Of a DNA stretch of 64,000 nt, positions 51,890-64,000 are shown piece after piece (the stretch's first letter is position 1; the number at the start of each line of letters is the position of its first letter). The translations under genes and the position numbers were made by a program. Source of the stretch: Phoronis australis (Eukaryota; Animalia; Phoronida); NCBI GenBank assembly GCA_002633005.1, contig NMRA01000016.1, forward strand, positions 1-64,000, given 5' to 3'. Under the pieces are notes generated by a model. It worked only from the letters and a program-made list of their open reading frames with translations, did no database searches and was not told the DNA's origin.

Positions 51890-54800
51890 GTGTCTGACCG
51901 TACTTTAGTGGTTCAGATTACACGTGGGATACTTGTTTTAACGATATCTCAAACCTTAATAAAAATTGGCCGTTTGCGCAATATTTTACAAAGGTGTAGC
52001 AAAATACATTATCTTCATTCTCGGGTTCAGCTTACTGATGTGTCGTACTATTGTTTATGTAACACTTGTATGGATTACGGAATCGTCATTGGCATGTGCC
52101 TCCTTTTAGCTGGCGATGTTGAAGAAAATCCTGGGCCTGAAGACAATACTACCTTTAAAATCTTATTTTCAAATATTAACAGTATTAAATCCAACAATTT
52201 CTCCAGATTCCAACTGCTAAAAAACTTTGTTCTGTCTTACGATTATATGATTGTCGCTCTTTGTGAAACTTGTAATGTTACCAAAGACGACCTTGATAAT
52301 GAACTAATCATTCCTGGTTACAGTGTTTCGTATCACAGCAACAGTGGCCGTGGTATCATTTTATTCACTAAAAACACACTCTCATTTAAATTATGTCCTA
52401 GCTTAACTTGTCCTCAGTTATGCAACTGCTGGATCGAAATTTATTTCGATCACAGAAAAATTTACTATGGGTTGTTTTATCGCTCACCTTCTCAATCTCC
52501 AACTGAAAGAAAACTCTACTTCAAAGCCCTAGCGGATCAGTTAGCGGAACTTAACCGCAATAGCGTTAGTATAATCATAAATGGTGATTTCAATGCCCGA
52601 AACTCTACATGGTACAATGATGATCATGACAATACGGCCGGACTACAATTGTTTGATATTTTATTGTCTAATGACTGCATACAACTAATTAATGAGCCAA
52701 CCCGTATCACCGACGTTTCTCATTCATGTATTGACCTCTGTATAACAAACAATTTGACTATCATTGACTCATGTTTTGTACTACCTCCTGTTGGCAATTT
52801 TGATCACCACACTATCGAAACCACTCTAACACTTAAAAAACCGGTTAAAGAACAACACAGCCCTCGAACCAACTGGAAATATGATCAGGTCGACACCGAT
52901 AAACTGCGTCAGGATATCACCAACACTGACTGGGATTCCATATTGAACACTGGCGACATTGATGACACTGTTTCACTCTTCACTAGTACTCCCTATGAAA
53001 TCTTAAAAAACAACATCCCATCAACTGAAAAGATAATTAAACACAACAGCCAACCGTGGTTCAACAGTAATGTTAAACGTGCAATCCGCACAAGAAACAG
53101 ACTTTACAGCTCTTTCAGAAGATCTAACAACACTATAATCTACAACAGATACAAGGATCAGTCACGTCTGGTTGAAACTTTAGTAAATCAAGCCAAAGCT
53201 GATCACCGGCACAAGCTTTTTCAACAAATTAACAGCGCAAGCAAGAATTCCAAACAATACTGGAACATCATCAATAAAATACGCGGCAGTCAACAGCAAT
53301 CCTCCTATCCTGTCATCAACTATAATGGTAACCTAGCCTCACGTAGTAGTGACAAGTGTGATTTGTTTCTCAAATTTTTCACGAACAAAAGCCACATTAC
53401 ACCAACTGAAGTAAGTAACTTTCCCTTTCTTCGTGAACGTTGTCTCAATCAACTGTCTGAAATCCCGGCTAATCAAACTGATGTCCGGAAGTATCTCAAT
53501 GAAATTGACCCCAATAAGAATGATGGCACAGCTTTAATAACCAGCAAGATGATCAAAATGATTGCCAACGAAATTACCATGCCCCTGACCAATCTGTTTA
53601 ACAAACTTCTTCAGTTAGGCATTTATCCGTCTTCTTGGAAACATGGAATTATGGTCCCCATACACAAAAAGGCTCCAAAACTGAAATTTCAAATTATCGC
53701 CCAATAACATTACTTAACACCCAGCCCAAAATCTTTGAGAAGATCATTGCTCAAAGTATTCTTACATTTCTCAAACAAAACAACTTGATCTATCATCGTC
53801 AATTTGGTTTTTTGCGTGGGAACAGCACCGTGGCACAACTTGTTGAAATAGTACATGAGATTCATTTACATTTTGAGAAGGGAGAAAGTGTCAGGTCCAT
53901 TTTTCTAGATATAGCTTTTGCTTTCGACTGTGTCCCTCACGACCTTCTACTTCACAAACGTCGATCCTATGGCATTACTGGTAATCTTTTAAACATGATC
54001 ACCTCATATCTCTCCGAAAGAACATACAGTGTTCGTGTCGATGGCGTACTTTCAATTTTATCCCATCCTGGATTTGTAAACGCAGGTGTACCGCAGGGTA
54101 GCGTATTGGGCCCTCTTCTCTTCTTGGTTTATATTAATGACCTTCCTGATAACCTGTCATGTAGCACATACCTTTATGCAGATGACACGGCGCTTTTTTA
54201 CCCCTTCGCAGGGAGCAGCCCTGAATGTTCTTTGCAGCTTCAACACGACTTAAATAAACTAAGCTATTGGTCACAAGAATGGAGAATGAATTTTAAACCA
54301 GAAAAAAGCGTTGACCTTACCTTCTCCAAATCTATTAATGCTCTCTTCCTTGTTGACCCGTCTTATGACCTTAAACTTAATGATGAAATCATTCCTAGAA
54401 AACAGTCGCACAGACATCTGGGTATACTGTTAGATGAAAAACTCTCATTCACCCCTCACGTTCGGGAGCTCGTACAAAAAACTCAGGAACTAATTAACCC
54501 ACTTAAGCTTGTCTCTCGTCATCTGAATTCTACACATTTAGAAGTTTTGTTCAAGTCCTTTGTACTTCCACACATTGATTATTGTGATATTATATATCAG
54601 TCTGCCAATACGGGTGCACTCCAACATTTGGAGAAGTTACAATATCAAGCCGCCTTACTCATAACTGGAGCTTACAGGGGATCCAATAGTGTTAAGGTTT
54701 TGAATAGTCTCAAGTGGCCCAAACTGTCTACTCGACGCAATCTTCACATGACCACATTTACTTTCAAGGTAATAAACAATGTCAACAACGTGTCTGTCAA

Positions 54801-55378
54801 AAAAATATTTGATCTATATATTAGACAAGGCCATCGTAGTGATTTGAGATTCTCCACCCCATATGCAATTCCTCCGTCGTTCAGTCAGGCATTCAGAAGG
54901 TCTACAGTCATGATGTGCATCAACAACTGGAATTCTCTTCCAGTCTCTGTTAAGGAAAGCAACTCTTTTACGAGTATAAAAAATAATTTTAGAACTGTTT
55001 TTCATAATTTTGATAACTCAACACCCTTGACTCAATTCTCCCTTACCCGCGATAACGAAATAGCATTGTACAGCTCAACTCTGACAAGTTCAGGCACAAC
55101 TTAAGTAATGTCTCTCCAAACTGTAAATGTGGTGACCATCAATCTTATCCTCATATTTTCTTCAAATGTCCCCTCATCGAATCCCTGAGAGACTCACTCT
55201 TTCGTGCACTCAATGATAACCAATCAATTGTTAACGCTCTCAATTCTTGTAATAATATCCCTACTAGAGTTACATTATTACTGAATGGTAGTCCTAAAAT
55301 TGACTTTGTTCTCAACGAATTCCTCCTAAGCAACGTTAGCAAATTTTTATGTACCGTTTATCAATATTGTTGCATCTG
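51890..55378 (+). mobile_element. Near-intact CR1/L2-group LINE ORF2 (2A peptide + APE endonuclease + RT + C-terminal CCHC), two frameshifts
   Basis: 2A motif LLLAGDVEENPGP. APE motifs FSNINSI, ALCET, GRGIILF, FYRSP, INGDFNAR, NEPTR, CIDLCI and DHH. RT motifs NYRPITLL, QFGF, FLDIAFAFD, GVPQGSVLGPLLFLVYINDL, YADD and HLGILLD. After about 55070 an alternate frame gives SPNCKCGDHQSYPHIFFKCP. Frameshifts lie at about 53668 and 55070. A 3' UTR with AATAAA is at about 55585. Confidence 0.95.
52115..52138 (+). other. 2A ('StopGo') ribosome-skipping motif DVEENPG|P
   Basis: GAT GTT GAA GAA AAT CCT GGG CCT is in frame with the APE domain and matches the D(V/I)ExNPGP consensus. It is preceded by hydrophobic LLLAG. 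Confidence 0.9.
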
Positions 55379-56234
55379 ATTTCCCTACATGAATCTGTAA
55401 ATATTTTTGTTTTTATATATCTGTAATAGCATGTCTAAGTATTGAAATACTTATATTAGATACTACTTAATTGTATATACCTCTATGTATATAAGTTTCA
55501 TTTATGAATTGTTTACAACCCAGATATAATGCTTCGCGGATTCTGGGTTTGTTATTATTTCTTTGTATGCTCTTTGTATCCTTCAATAAATATATATCAC
55601 AGTGAAAAAAATTCTCGGGGAAATTCAAATGTGAAATATATTCTGTGTAGCAACAAAAAATTCGTACAACCACCTTCAACAGGGTGATAAATTATTCACT
55701 ATTTATCCGAGGTCAAAGGTTACAGAGCTGCCACTCAAATCAAATCTGGCGGCGACAGGCATAGAGCAGTTCCGTATGTACCCTCAGTCCTTGTCGTAGT
55801 GTTGAATCAACGAGGTGTACACAGCATAGAAAGATGCCGCGGAAAACGAAGAGGAAACGTGTTTTTTCCTGAGGGAGTTGTGCGTCTGCATGCTTAGGAC
55901 CGTTGAGAACGAATGCGTGGAATTCTAGTGGCTGCTTTTTTGACTTACTGTTCACTAACACAGCAAGGTGTTAAACCGATGAATCCTCCCCAACAGTCAT
56001 TATATTGATTGGTAATTTGAAATTTCACTGTTTCAATCTTGTGCTCACGACGCCCTTTAACCACCGACACAATTTCTATTGTCCATTTCCTAGTTGGTTT
56101 CTTGATATTATTCCCCAGGCGCATGGTGTGTATACAATGAAGTGTTGGCCTAATTGGTGCTTGCTCCGTCTTCTGACCCAGTTAAGACGGGGTATATGAA
56201 ACCCCACGTACAAAGTTGAAACATTTTAGTGAAA

Positions 56235-57790
56235 ACTAAGATAATTACGCACTGCACATTCAGTTGACATTGAGAGTAATAGTGAACATGTTTAAGGCAA
56301 ATTTTCACCGAATCCTTCACCGGAGACCTTGAGAATTTCACCGTTCTCTACTTATTATAATCGGCTTTTAATCGGGTTCGGCAATTTGACTTAATTTGAA
56401 ATTGGGAAAACGAGTTCTCGAAAACGGCTCGGTGGATTTTGTCGAAACTTTCCACACTTAATATTTACTCGTCATTCTCAAAAACTCTAATAAGCATTTT
56501 TTAATATAAAGACATAGGGCCCGTTCCAACAAAACAGACTTAGCTAAGACAAATCTTAAATTTTAGTAAATTTTAAAATACAAATTAAATTTGTCTCAAA
56601 ACCAATTCAAGAAAGAGATCTTAAGTTCAACTTAAGTGTGTGACATACGTTTTGTCTTAATTTTGACTAACTTACCGAATGTGGAAGTTGCAAAGTTTGG
56701 AATTTAAGACAAATCTTAAACTTAAGTCAAAAATGAACTTAAGTCAGTTTCTTGGAACAGGCCCATAGTTTGTCCGTAATGTAAAAAAGACGAATGAAAT
56801 AACTATTTTTTACAAATATACCTTACGTTCTGAGAATTGATTTGTCATAGAAACCAAACTGAGAGATTAATGGAACATTCCTCATACGTTATTTGAGGTA
56901 ATTGGTGGAAGTTTTTATTTTAAAAGGTTTTTAAAATCAACCAAGAAGTTATTTAGCTACGATTATACCTTTCATAAAAATAAAATTTTGATTTAAAAAG
57001 GTGCTAATGTAATACTGTTGTTGGCACATAAATATAAAATATACATTTTTTAATCCCTGGTATTTTTCTTTCAGAAAATATGTACCATTACTAGTTAACA
57101 AAGCCTGGTTTTTGATATTCCAGATAATCTTAAATTACATGTATGATCCCTTCATTTGGATAAAGCTTTTCTCTCCAATTTTGTTGCACAAATCGCAATC
57201 ACGTTTCTTCTAAGAGAAGAACAATGGAATCTGTCAAGCAAGATGTTGATTGGACAGCAGTGGTGTTATTAATTGTTGTATTTTCAAACGACATACAGGG
57301 GCTGTGATTTCTCCGTGACAACTCTAACCAATCTTAGTAAAGAAGAAATGACTTCAAGGGTAAAAGGTTAACAATATACGGAAGATAATATAAACAACTC
57401 AATAGTTTACGGTAGACTTCGTAACTCTTTGAATTACTATCATGATACATGTGATAAAGGTTATCTGAAACCTTACTTAGTGGCCTCTATACTAACTCCT
57501 ATAACAAAAAACAAGGCTTTGTCAATTTAGAAACTAGAAAAAGTAGTATCTTCTGATCCGTTTTCGAGAACTCGTGTTCTTAACTTAAAATTAAGTCGAT
57601 TTGCCGAAGCCGAGAAAAAGCCGATTTAACTGTTAGAGGTGAAAGTCTCAAGGTCTTCAGTTATTTCCTCAGTGAAAACTTGTTTTCGGTTGGTATAACC
57701 TATTCATACCTTAATCATGTTCGCTGTTTCAACATTCACGCGCAAAGTCAACTAAATTTGCAGTGCAAATTTAACTTAATTACCACAAAA
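56235..57790. repeat. Two inverted diverged copies of an AT-rich DNA-transposon repeat with a nested MITE
   Basis: 56235-56430 is the reverse complement of 57555-57790 (GAGACCTTGAGA, GAGTTCTCGAAAACGG). 56805-57120 matches 28300-28570 in inverted orientation. Confidence 0.7.
56517..56764. mobile_element. ~250-bp MITE (PIF/Harbinger-like termini), copy 2, nested
   Basis: Same terminal inverted repeats and internal sequence as 36224-36471. ATA flanks both sides (possible 3-bp target-site duplication). Confidence 0.8.
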
Positions 57791-58185
57791 TCTTTTATTA
57801 GTCAGCCCAGTCGATTTCCAATGCATCGCGTCGGATAAAAATTTGAAAACTCCTTTTAAAGTCTGCTAAGCGGGTAAGCAGGACTAAGACTTTTAGGGAA
57901 TTACACGACAACTGTTGCAGAAGGCCATCCGCCAAGAACCGTAATATCCACTCCATGACATTAAAAGAGTACGAGTTTTTAGCTGGTTCCTGTTTTCATC
58001 TTTCAAGATTGACACCACTCATGAATTAACAACTGGCAGAGCGAGAATTAGTGGAAATCATCAAAACAGACTTTATTATCCTTTTAAGATTGTCATACGA
58101 GTAGTAGGCAAACAATTCACGTTCATGTTACTGCAGCTTATTTAAGTGATTTGTGTACTCGCTTGAGGCGATCTGGAGGACTTAA

Positions 58186-61100
58186 GAGTGACTCCATATA
58201 AAAACCAACAGGTAGAGTCTATACCCAAAATCACCGATTTTTTTTTTAAACTTAGCACATGAGTTTGGTTTGTTGAGAAGTAGAAAAGCCTCACTTTTTA
58301 AGAATTTTCATTCATTATTTTTCTTTTTGTGACCGGTACCTCCATTTTGCAACAAAATTGGGCGTCGAAGTAGGCATGTTTGAATGCATTTTACTAGCAT
58401 GTATGATACGGTCAAAACAAATGAATAATACGAATTGAAAGGGCAATAGCTGAATAATTTAATGGCATAACTTTCAAAATCCATTTTTAAATTTATACGT
58501 TTTGAATTTGTGAGGCAAAAACGGCTATTTTTCAGGTTTTCACTGAAGCCATTTTCGGCCACATTTGGCACTCTGTAGCAGCCATAACGCACCTTTCCTG
58601 AAATTGACTTTATAATAATTTGTTAAGTCATTCCTAACCTGTTCATAATCTAAAATAAAAAATCTTGCCTCTAATCTAGTTTTTGCGTACGAAGCATTAT
58701 ACGAACTGCACTTCGTCCTTTTGCATGTTCTCAGTTGCCTCTGCTGCCAATAGGGGGCTCTTGGAACATATAATTAGCTTGCGAAACACGACATAAAAAC
58801 TTTGTATTTTGGAGAAAAGGCAGACGGCATTATTAATTACCATTCTATGAAAACGACATTGATGATTAATACTTATTACAAAAATGTGTACGTAAATCAA
58901 CTGGCATGCGTGCTTCTAAATCATAGATGGCGCTACTTTTGTTTACGTGGAGACTGAAGACGCATCTAGAATAAGAGCAGTAACACGAGGACCTTGCTAT
59001 AATTCAAGACTTCGCGAGATGTTGCCGTGTATTTTAAATGAGAACACGTGGTTTTGGATACATTTTAGAGAGGTTCTAGTGTTACTGAACTCACCCCTGC
59101 TTTGTTTTCTATCTGCCTTGTTCGTGCCAAAGGCAAAGGAAGGCACCAAAGGTGGATATGCCCCGGCCCCTAGTGTTCAGTGCAAAAAATCCTTCAACTT
59201 GTCAATAGACATTGTAACTTTGGGTTCAGATCGTAATGTCCCTGCTGGTTGCTACAAATTTTAGTCGCCACCAGTCGCCAGAAATCTGGTGTTCCACCTC
59301 CCACACACCGGGCACCCTAACGCTGAATATTTTTGCCAGTGTGATCATCAGTGGTATAAAAAGGTACACATACAGTCAACAGAAAATAATTAGCGAAAGA
59401 CAATTTTATTAATGACTACTTCATGACAGACATGAAGTAAACAGAAGTAACGGTCTCGACTTCATATATCACACATCTTTGACTGGTATGCTACAAAACT
59501 AGACTAAACGTTGAACTCATTTACCACTTCATTCAGTAAATCTGACGACCTAACAGCATCTTCAGCAGAAATAGCATCGTCATAAACATTGCTGCAGACA
59601 ACCTCGAAAAAATCCACCAATCTGCGATTCGCTTAACATCACAGGTAAACACTTTCACAGTGGGTTCTCGTAATGTTTTCTCCATTTTGGCACTTCCGAG
59701 GGTGAAAGTTTTTACCTGACTTTCTCCTTCATCGAATATGTTCGTCAAAAAGTTCTTAACCTTTGATGAAAATCTTGTTGACCTTTTACCTTTTTTCAAT
59801 GCCTAACCTATTGCTTCAGCATTCGTCTCATCCACATTGTACTCTGAGGCTGCCTCAAATGACGCTCCGGTTCTTGCATCTAAAAGCATTTCTGACGACT
59901 GCCGTGCGATGTGGTCATACGTGTTCAGTGTGGTTACCCACATCCAAATGCCGACCTAGTTCTGCGTCTGTAGCAAAAAATTTCGAGTAACCTTGCTGGG
60001 TACAAGGGAACTTCTGTTGAGGCTCTTCACTAGATACAATGCCAACCTTAAGTCTTGGTGTTGAAAATCCGCCATGTCTAGAGATGTTAGTGTAATTTAG
60101 AGAAATAGGTTTCCCATTTTCTCAGTATTTGTAAGAACTTACCGTCATCTACGTGGAATGATTTCCACACGCGAATTCCTTGGGTGGAATAGTGGGACTT
60201 TGGGAATGTCCTTATTCCAGGAACTGAGTATTTTGGAAAAGACTTTGTTGCATTGACTGAACATGCATACACATAACATTCCTTCACACGGTCACTGGAA
60301 AGTAGTGCTTCTTTCAAATCCAGAAAGTTTATGATATCATTACTTTCGGCTACAAAGTACTTTGCATGTTGTTTGAGTGGAGCGATCTTGCGATCACAGA
60401 GATCCTTTCCATTCTGACTTTCACTAATGTCATATCTCGAAACAGAAATGCCGGTAGAATTTGACAAGGCTGCTACGTTCAGGAGGAGAGGAGCAGAGTG
60501 GTAACATCCAGCATTACCTGACTCTTCCATGACTGGTCCTGTTCAGTCAGAAATTCACCGACTCTAGGTAGTACGAGTCCGTAGTCTGGCACAGGCCTTG
60601 CTTTGTGAAGTAGTTTCTTGTATCTCAAATGTTCAGTGGTGTCTTTGACATAACTCACTAAAGCACAAAGCTTTTGTGATTTTTTGAAGAATAAACTCTA
60701 AAGGAACATGAAGGCCCATCGACATCGTCCGCCATTTTGTCTTTTTAAAATGCACTTGCTTCTCTCAAAACCAGTCATTACAAATATCAATTCTTACTCG
60801 TTTAATCTTAAAGGCATTTATTTCCATTCAAAAGTTCTACAGAGTGTTTAAATTAACCTGATTATGTAAGAGAAATGAAAGAATACGAGAGGGTTACACG
60901 TATATTTTTTATGAATCCTCAAGCTTTAAACCTCAACTGACTCCCTCAGTGGGCAAAGGTCATCGGGTTCAGTTTTGATACTAGCCGCGTAATAAACCCG
61001 GAAAACATCTTGTTTTCATTTGAAAGACTTTAGACTTGGTTTCTATAACTATTTAAAGCAGACTTCTTGCCTAAAAGTTTGTTCAAATGGTCTGTAAACT

Positions 61101-61660
61101 CTGCTCGTCATTTCCAAACTATGAAAATATACAGTTTTGCAAGACAATTTTCACTAAAGAGCAAAGTTGAGGCAAGATTTTTTATTGCTCAGTCATCAAG
61201 ACTAACTCTTTAACTGTATGTTCAAAACGTCACATAAGGCTACAAGGTGTTTTATGGCAGTAAGAAGGTCACAAAAATGGCCACTAAAATTAGCCCCAAA
61301 AAGTGGTCTTTGGATTATCTCCCCTGTCTAGCACAAAACTGTTAGATTTTAATAAATGGCACAGATTTATGCACAGTATACGTTGGTTATTTCAGCCACC
61401 AAAATATAGCTTTTGATCTATTTTGTATGTTACTCATTTTTGTTGCTGAAAACATGCAATTTTTGAGACGGCTAATATGCCCAATTGTGCCAATTTGTGT
61501 TATCATGCTCCAGCGGCGAAATTAGGGTCATTGAGTGCACAAAATTTGGCATTTGGGTTTTTGTTAGGATACCTACCCATGTACAAAAAATGAAGTTGTT
61601 TTAAATTTTGACGTATAGACTGATTTTTGAAAATCTACTGGTTTTTATATGGACTGCCTC
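58186..61660 (-). mobile_element. Sola3-like DNA transposon, internally deleted, with decayed transposase
   Basis: TTAA on both sides. Termini GAGTGACTCCATATAAAAACCA and TGGTTTTTATATGGACTGCCTC. Long diverged TIRs (AAAAAATCTTGCCTC at ~58660 vs GAGGCAAGATTTTTT at ~61170). Minus-strand transposase motifs SGNAGCYHS and YDISESQNGKDLCDRKIA, plus a C2H2-like FPCTQQG...GRHLDVGNH, at 59500-60540. Confidence 0.75.
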
Positions 61661-62071
61661 TTAATGTTTTTCAGGTGCTTTTCAATTATTGGCCGTGCTG
61701 GGCGAAAAGGCCAGTTTGTGAGACTGCAACATACAAACAAGTACCGCACATGTATTCGGGTGAGTGGACGAATCTACTTGAAAGTTTTAGCACATCTTCC
61801 GCCTCAGATAATGCCCTTTGAATGTGAAGTGATATACAAATGTAGTTCAACTGTCAAATAAACGCACAAAACTGACCAGGATGTACCACGACCTAAAATG
61901 GCAGCGGTAGTAAATAACAGCTGACTCAAGCACTATGGGTACTCGCTCATACGTATTTTGCAGACACCCCGCCAACTTTTTACCAAAATTTTGAAAAATG
62001 GATAATAGCATAAGGCAAACACAAACTGAATTGAAAGTTACGAAATGTTTTAATGTATTCTACAAATACAC

Positions 62072-64000
62072 TACCTTAGTTTCGACGCATTTCCTGAAAA
62101 GAGCCCTGTATAAGGTTCTAGAAGCTTTTTTAGTAAAAGTTGGGAACAAGGCTTTTTCACACAATCAAGGTATGGCAAATTGAACTAACCTTGTTTCCAA
62201 GCCGAGTTTTGCATTTTTGACCATCTAATTAGCATAAACAAAATGGCGGCCAAATGTCAAGTTCAGATGTATTTTTGTAATAGAAATCACAACATACCAT
62301 TTAAAATGGTGAAATGTCTCACCTGTACAGTTCTTATAAATATTTCTTGAGCAATACATCACTTATGAAAACTACAAATTGCAACTCTAAAAACTAATTA
62401 TGCAAATTAGGTGCCGCCATTACCATACAATGTAATTTTCGTCTTAAGTTTGTGCTCCTGCAGGCAATCTTGAAAAATGGGGTGTCTATACTTATATTTC
62501 CATGGCCAACAAACATGCTGAAGACATTTTTGAAGCAATTTACTGGGTTATAGATGTATACTTACAGAATGTGGAAAAATAGTCGTTAATCTGCAATGCT
62601 CGTTAAGCAAGGAGTCACTATTTTGACGGAATATAGGGAAAAATGTTCACACTATCCCGTTATCTTCCATTCATAAAAATCCATATAGTTATTGTAATTG
62701 AAGACATGAGATTTTCAATTGCACGAATTGTTTTCAGGCCTGCTGAACACAGTTTTAGCATTCACTTTTTGGTCCTTTTTAACATGCCTGAAGCCTGGCA
62801 AATAAACTGTTTGCATACAAGGAATCTGATCATGAATGTACTGCTGGCATGTGCATAATGATATGCATCGCAATCCAAAATTCTTGCACTTGCATTGTCT
62901 ACTGTTGCGTTGTTTCTGGCATGCACACAATACCATCTATAAGCAGCTGTCTGGGATTGAAATCTGTGTCATCATTATGAGCTGCAAGCATAAGTTTGTG
63001 TGTCCTTCCCATATCAGAGGGTGCTGGGAGCTCAGGTATGGAACAATGATCATTTTGCCACACCTTGACCTGACAATGCACTCTCATCAGATGGAAACGG
63101 CGGGCATTATGTGTTGGGGGAAGGACTTTTGGGTTCACTGGCTTGGGAAATATGCTGCAGACAAAGACTTCTGAAGCCATCGTAATTTTCTCAGTGAGAT
63201 CACCAATGCAGAGGTTCTTAAGCAATCTGTGATGCTCTTGGAACACCTTCCATGATGATTGTTTCATGTGATTAGCAAAGTACGAGTTGGTGCCAAACCC
63301 GGCCACGGCATGAAAAGCAAACAAGGATGTTGCTGAGTCTCGTAGCAGTTTGTAGAAAAGTGCTTCAATAGGTATATATCGTCGTTTCTTTGATGTGCCT
63401 GATATCATTCAGATATGCTCACATTGTATTTGGTGGAAGTGCTATACCAGAAGCAGTAGAACATCGGGTGTCCCTGGAAAACACGACTGACTGTGGACAC
63501 CATGCAGTGCCAATCTTGCATCTGCTTCTTCATGTGTGGATTTCACAGTCCTCAAATCAGTTACATCCTTAGATGATTTAATTGACGCCCAGTTCATCTT
63601 TGAACCTCCTGCAACCATAACCTCTTTATCTTCAGACGTCTACAAACACAGTTCCTCTGACAAGAAGTGTGCTAGGCCTGCTTTATTCTCAGCCATTGCC
63701 CAAAAATTTGACCAGTTTTGAGGAAGAGGTACATCACGGCCTTCCAAAAATCACTTGATTTGCCGTGTTCCTTTTCTGCGCTGTTTTCTTGTTGTGTCCT
63801 TCATTGTTTCTTGTCTGTATCTGTCAAATACAATATCAATTGATGATATCGAAATTCTGTGTTTAGCACTGCCTCTAACATGCACATTTTCCAGATATGA
63901 GCCTAGACTACCTTTCGATTAACGAGACTCATCGTATGCTCTAAATTGGTGATATTTAAAGGAAATATAAACTTAGAGTAAATGTTTCCTCGTGTTCATT
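62072..64000 (-). mobile_element. Academ-like transposon remnant (XPG/PIN-like domain + Cys-rich CXC tail), possibly continuing past the window
   Basis: Frameshifted minus-strand motifs IDIVFDRY, STHEEADARLALH, SGTSKKRRYIPI, FHAVAG, LPPTHNA...HLMRVHCQ and CACQK...CKCKNFGLRCISLCTC. Confidence 0.75.

Overview
AT-rich, intron-containing animal DNA, probably from a marine invertebrate (inferred from the transposon repertoire and the frequent TACATGTA motif). It is not prokaryotic: no CRISPR, rRNA or operons. Three host genes were reconstructed by hand from GT-AG splice sites and exon phases. (1) An NRF-6-like acyltransferase-3 gene (+, 4260-21417) has 14 visible exons and at least one more probably hidden in the N gap. 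(2) An intron-poor polypeptide GalNAc-transferase (-, 27069-24517) has 3 exons and encodes 576 aa. (3) A fibrinogen-related-domain gene (+, 40499-48630) has 4 visible exons. The rest is mostly mobile DNA. It includes a near-intact APE-RT LINE with a 2A ribosome-skipping motif (GDVEENPGP) at its N-terminus, a TTAA-flanked Sola3-like transposon, and remnants of Academ, L1/Tx1, Penelope, CR1/L2 and THAP elements. There are also several MITE families and an unclassified element combining a 164-nt hairpin with a tRNA-like Pol III promoter. Two ~1-kb tandem duplications split by a single N are probably haplotype or assembly artefacts. All family assignments come from motif recognition; no database searches were run.
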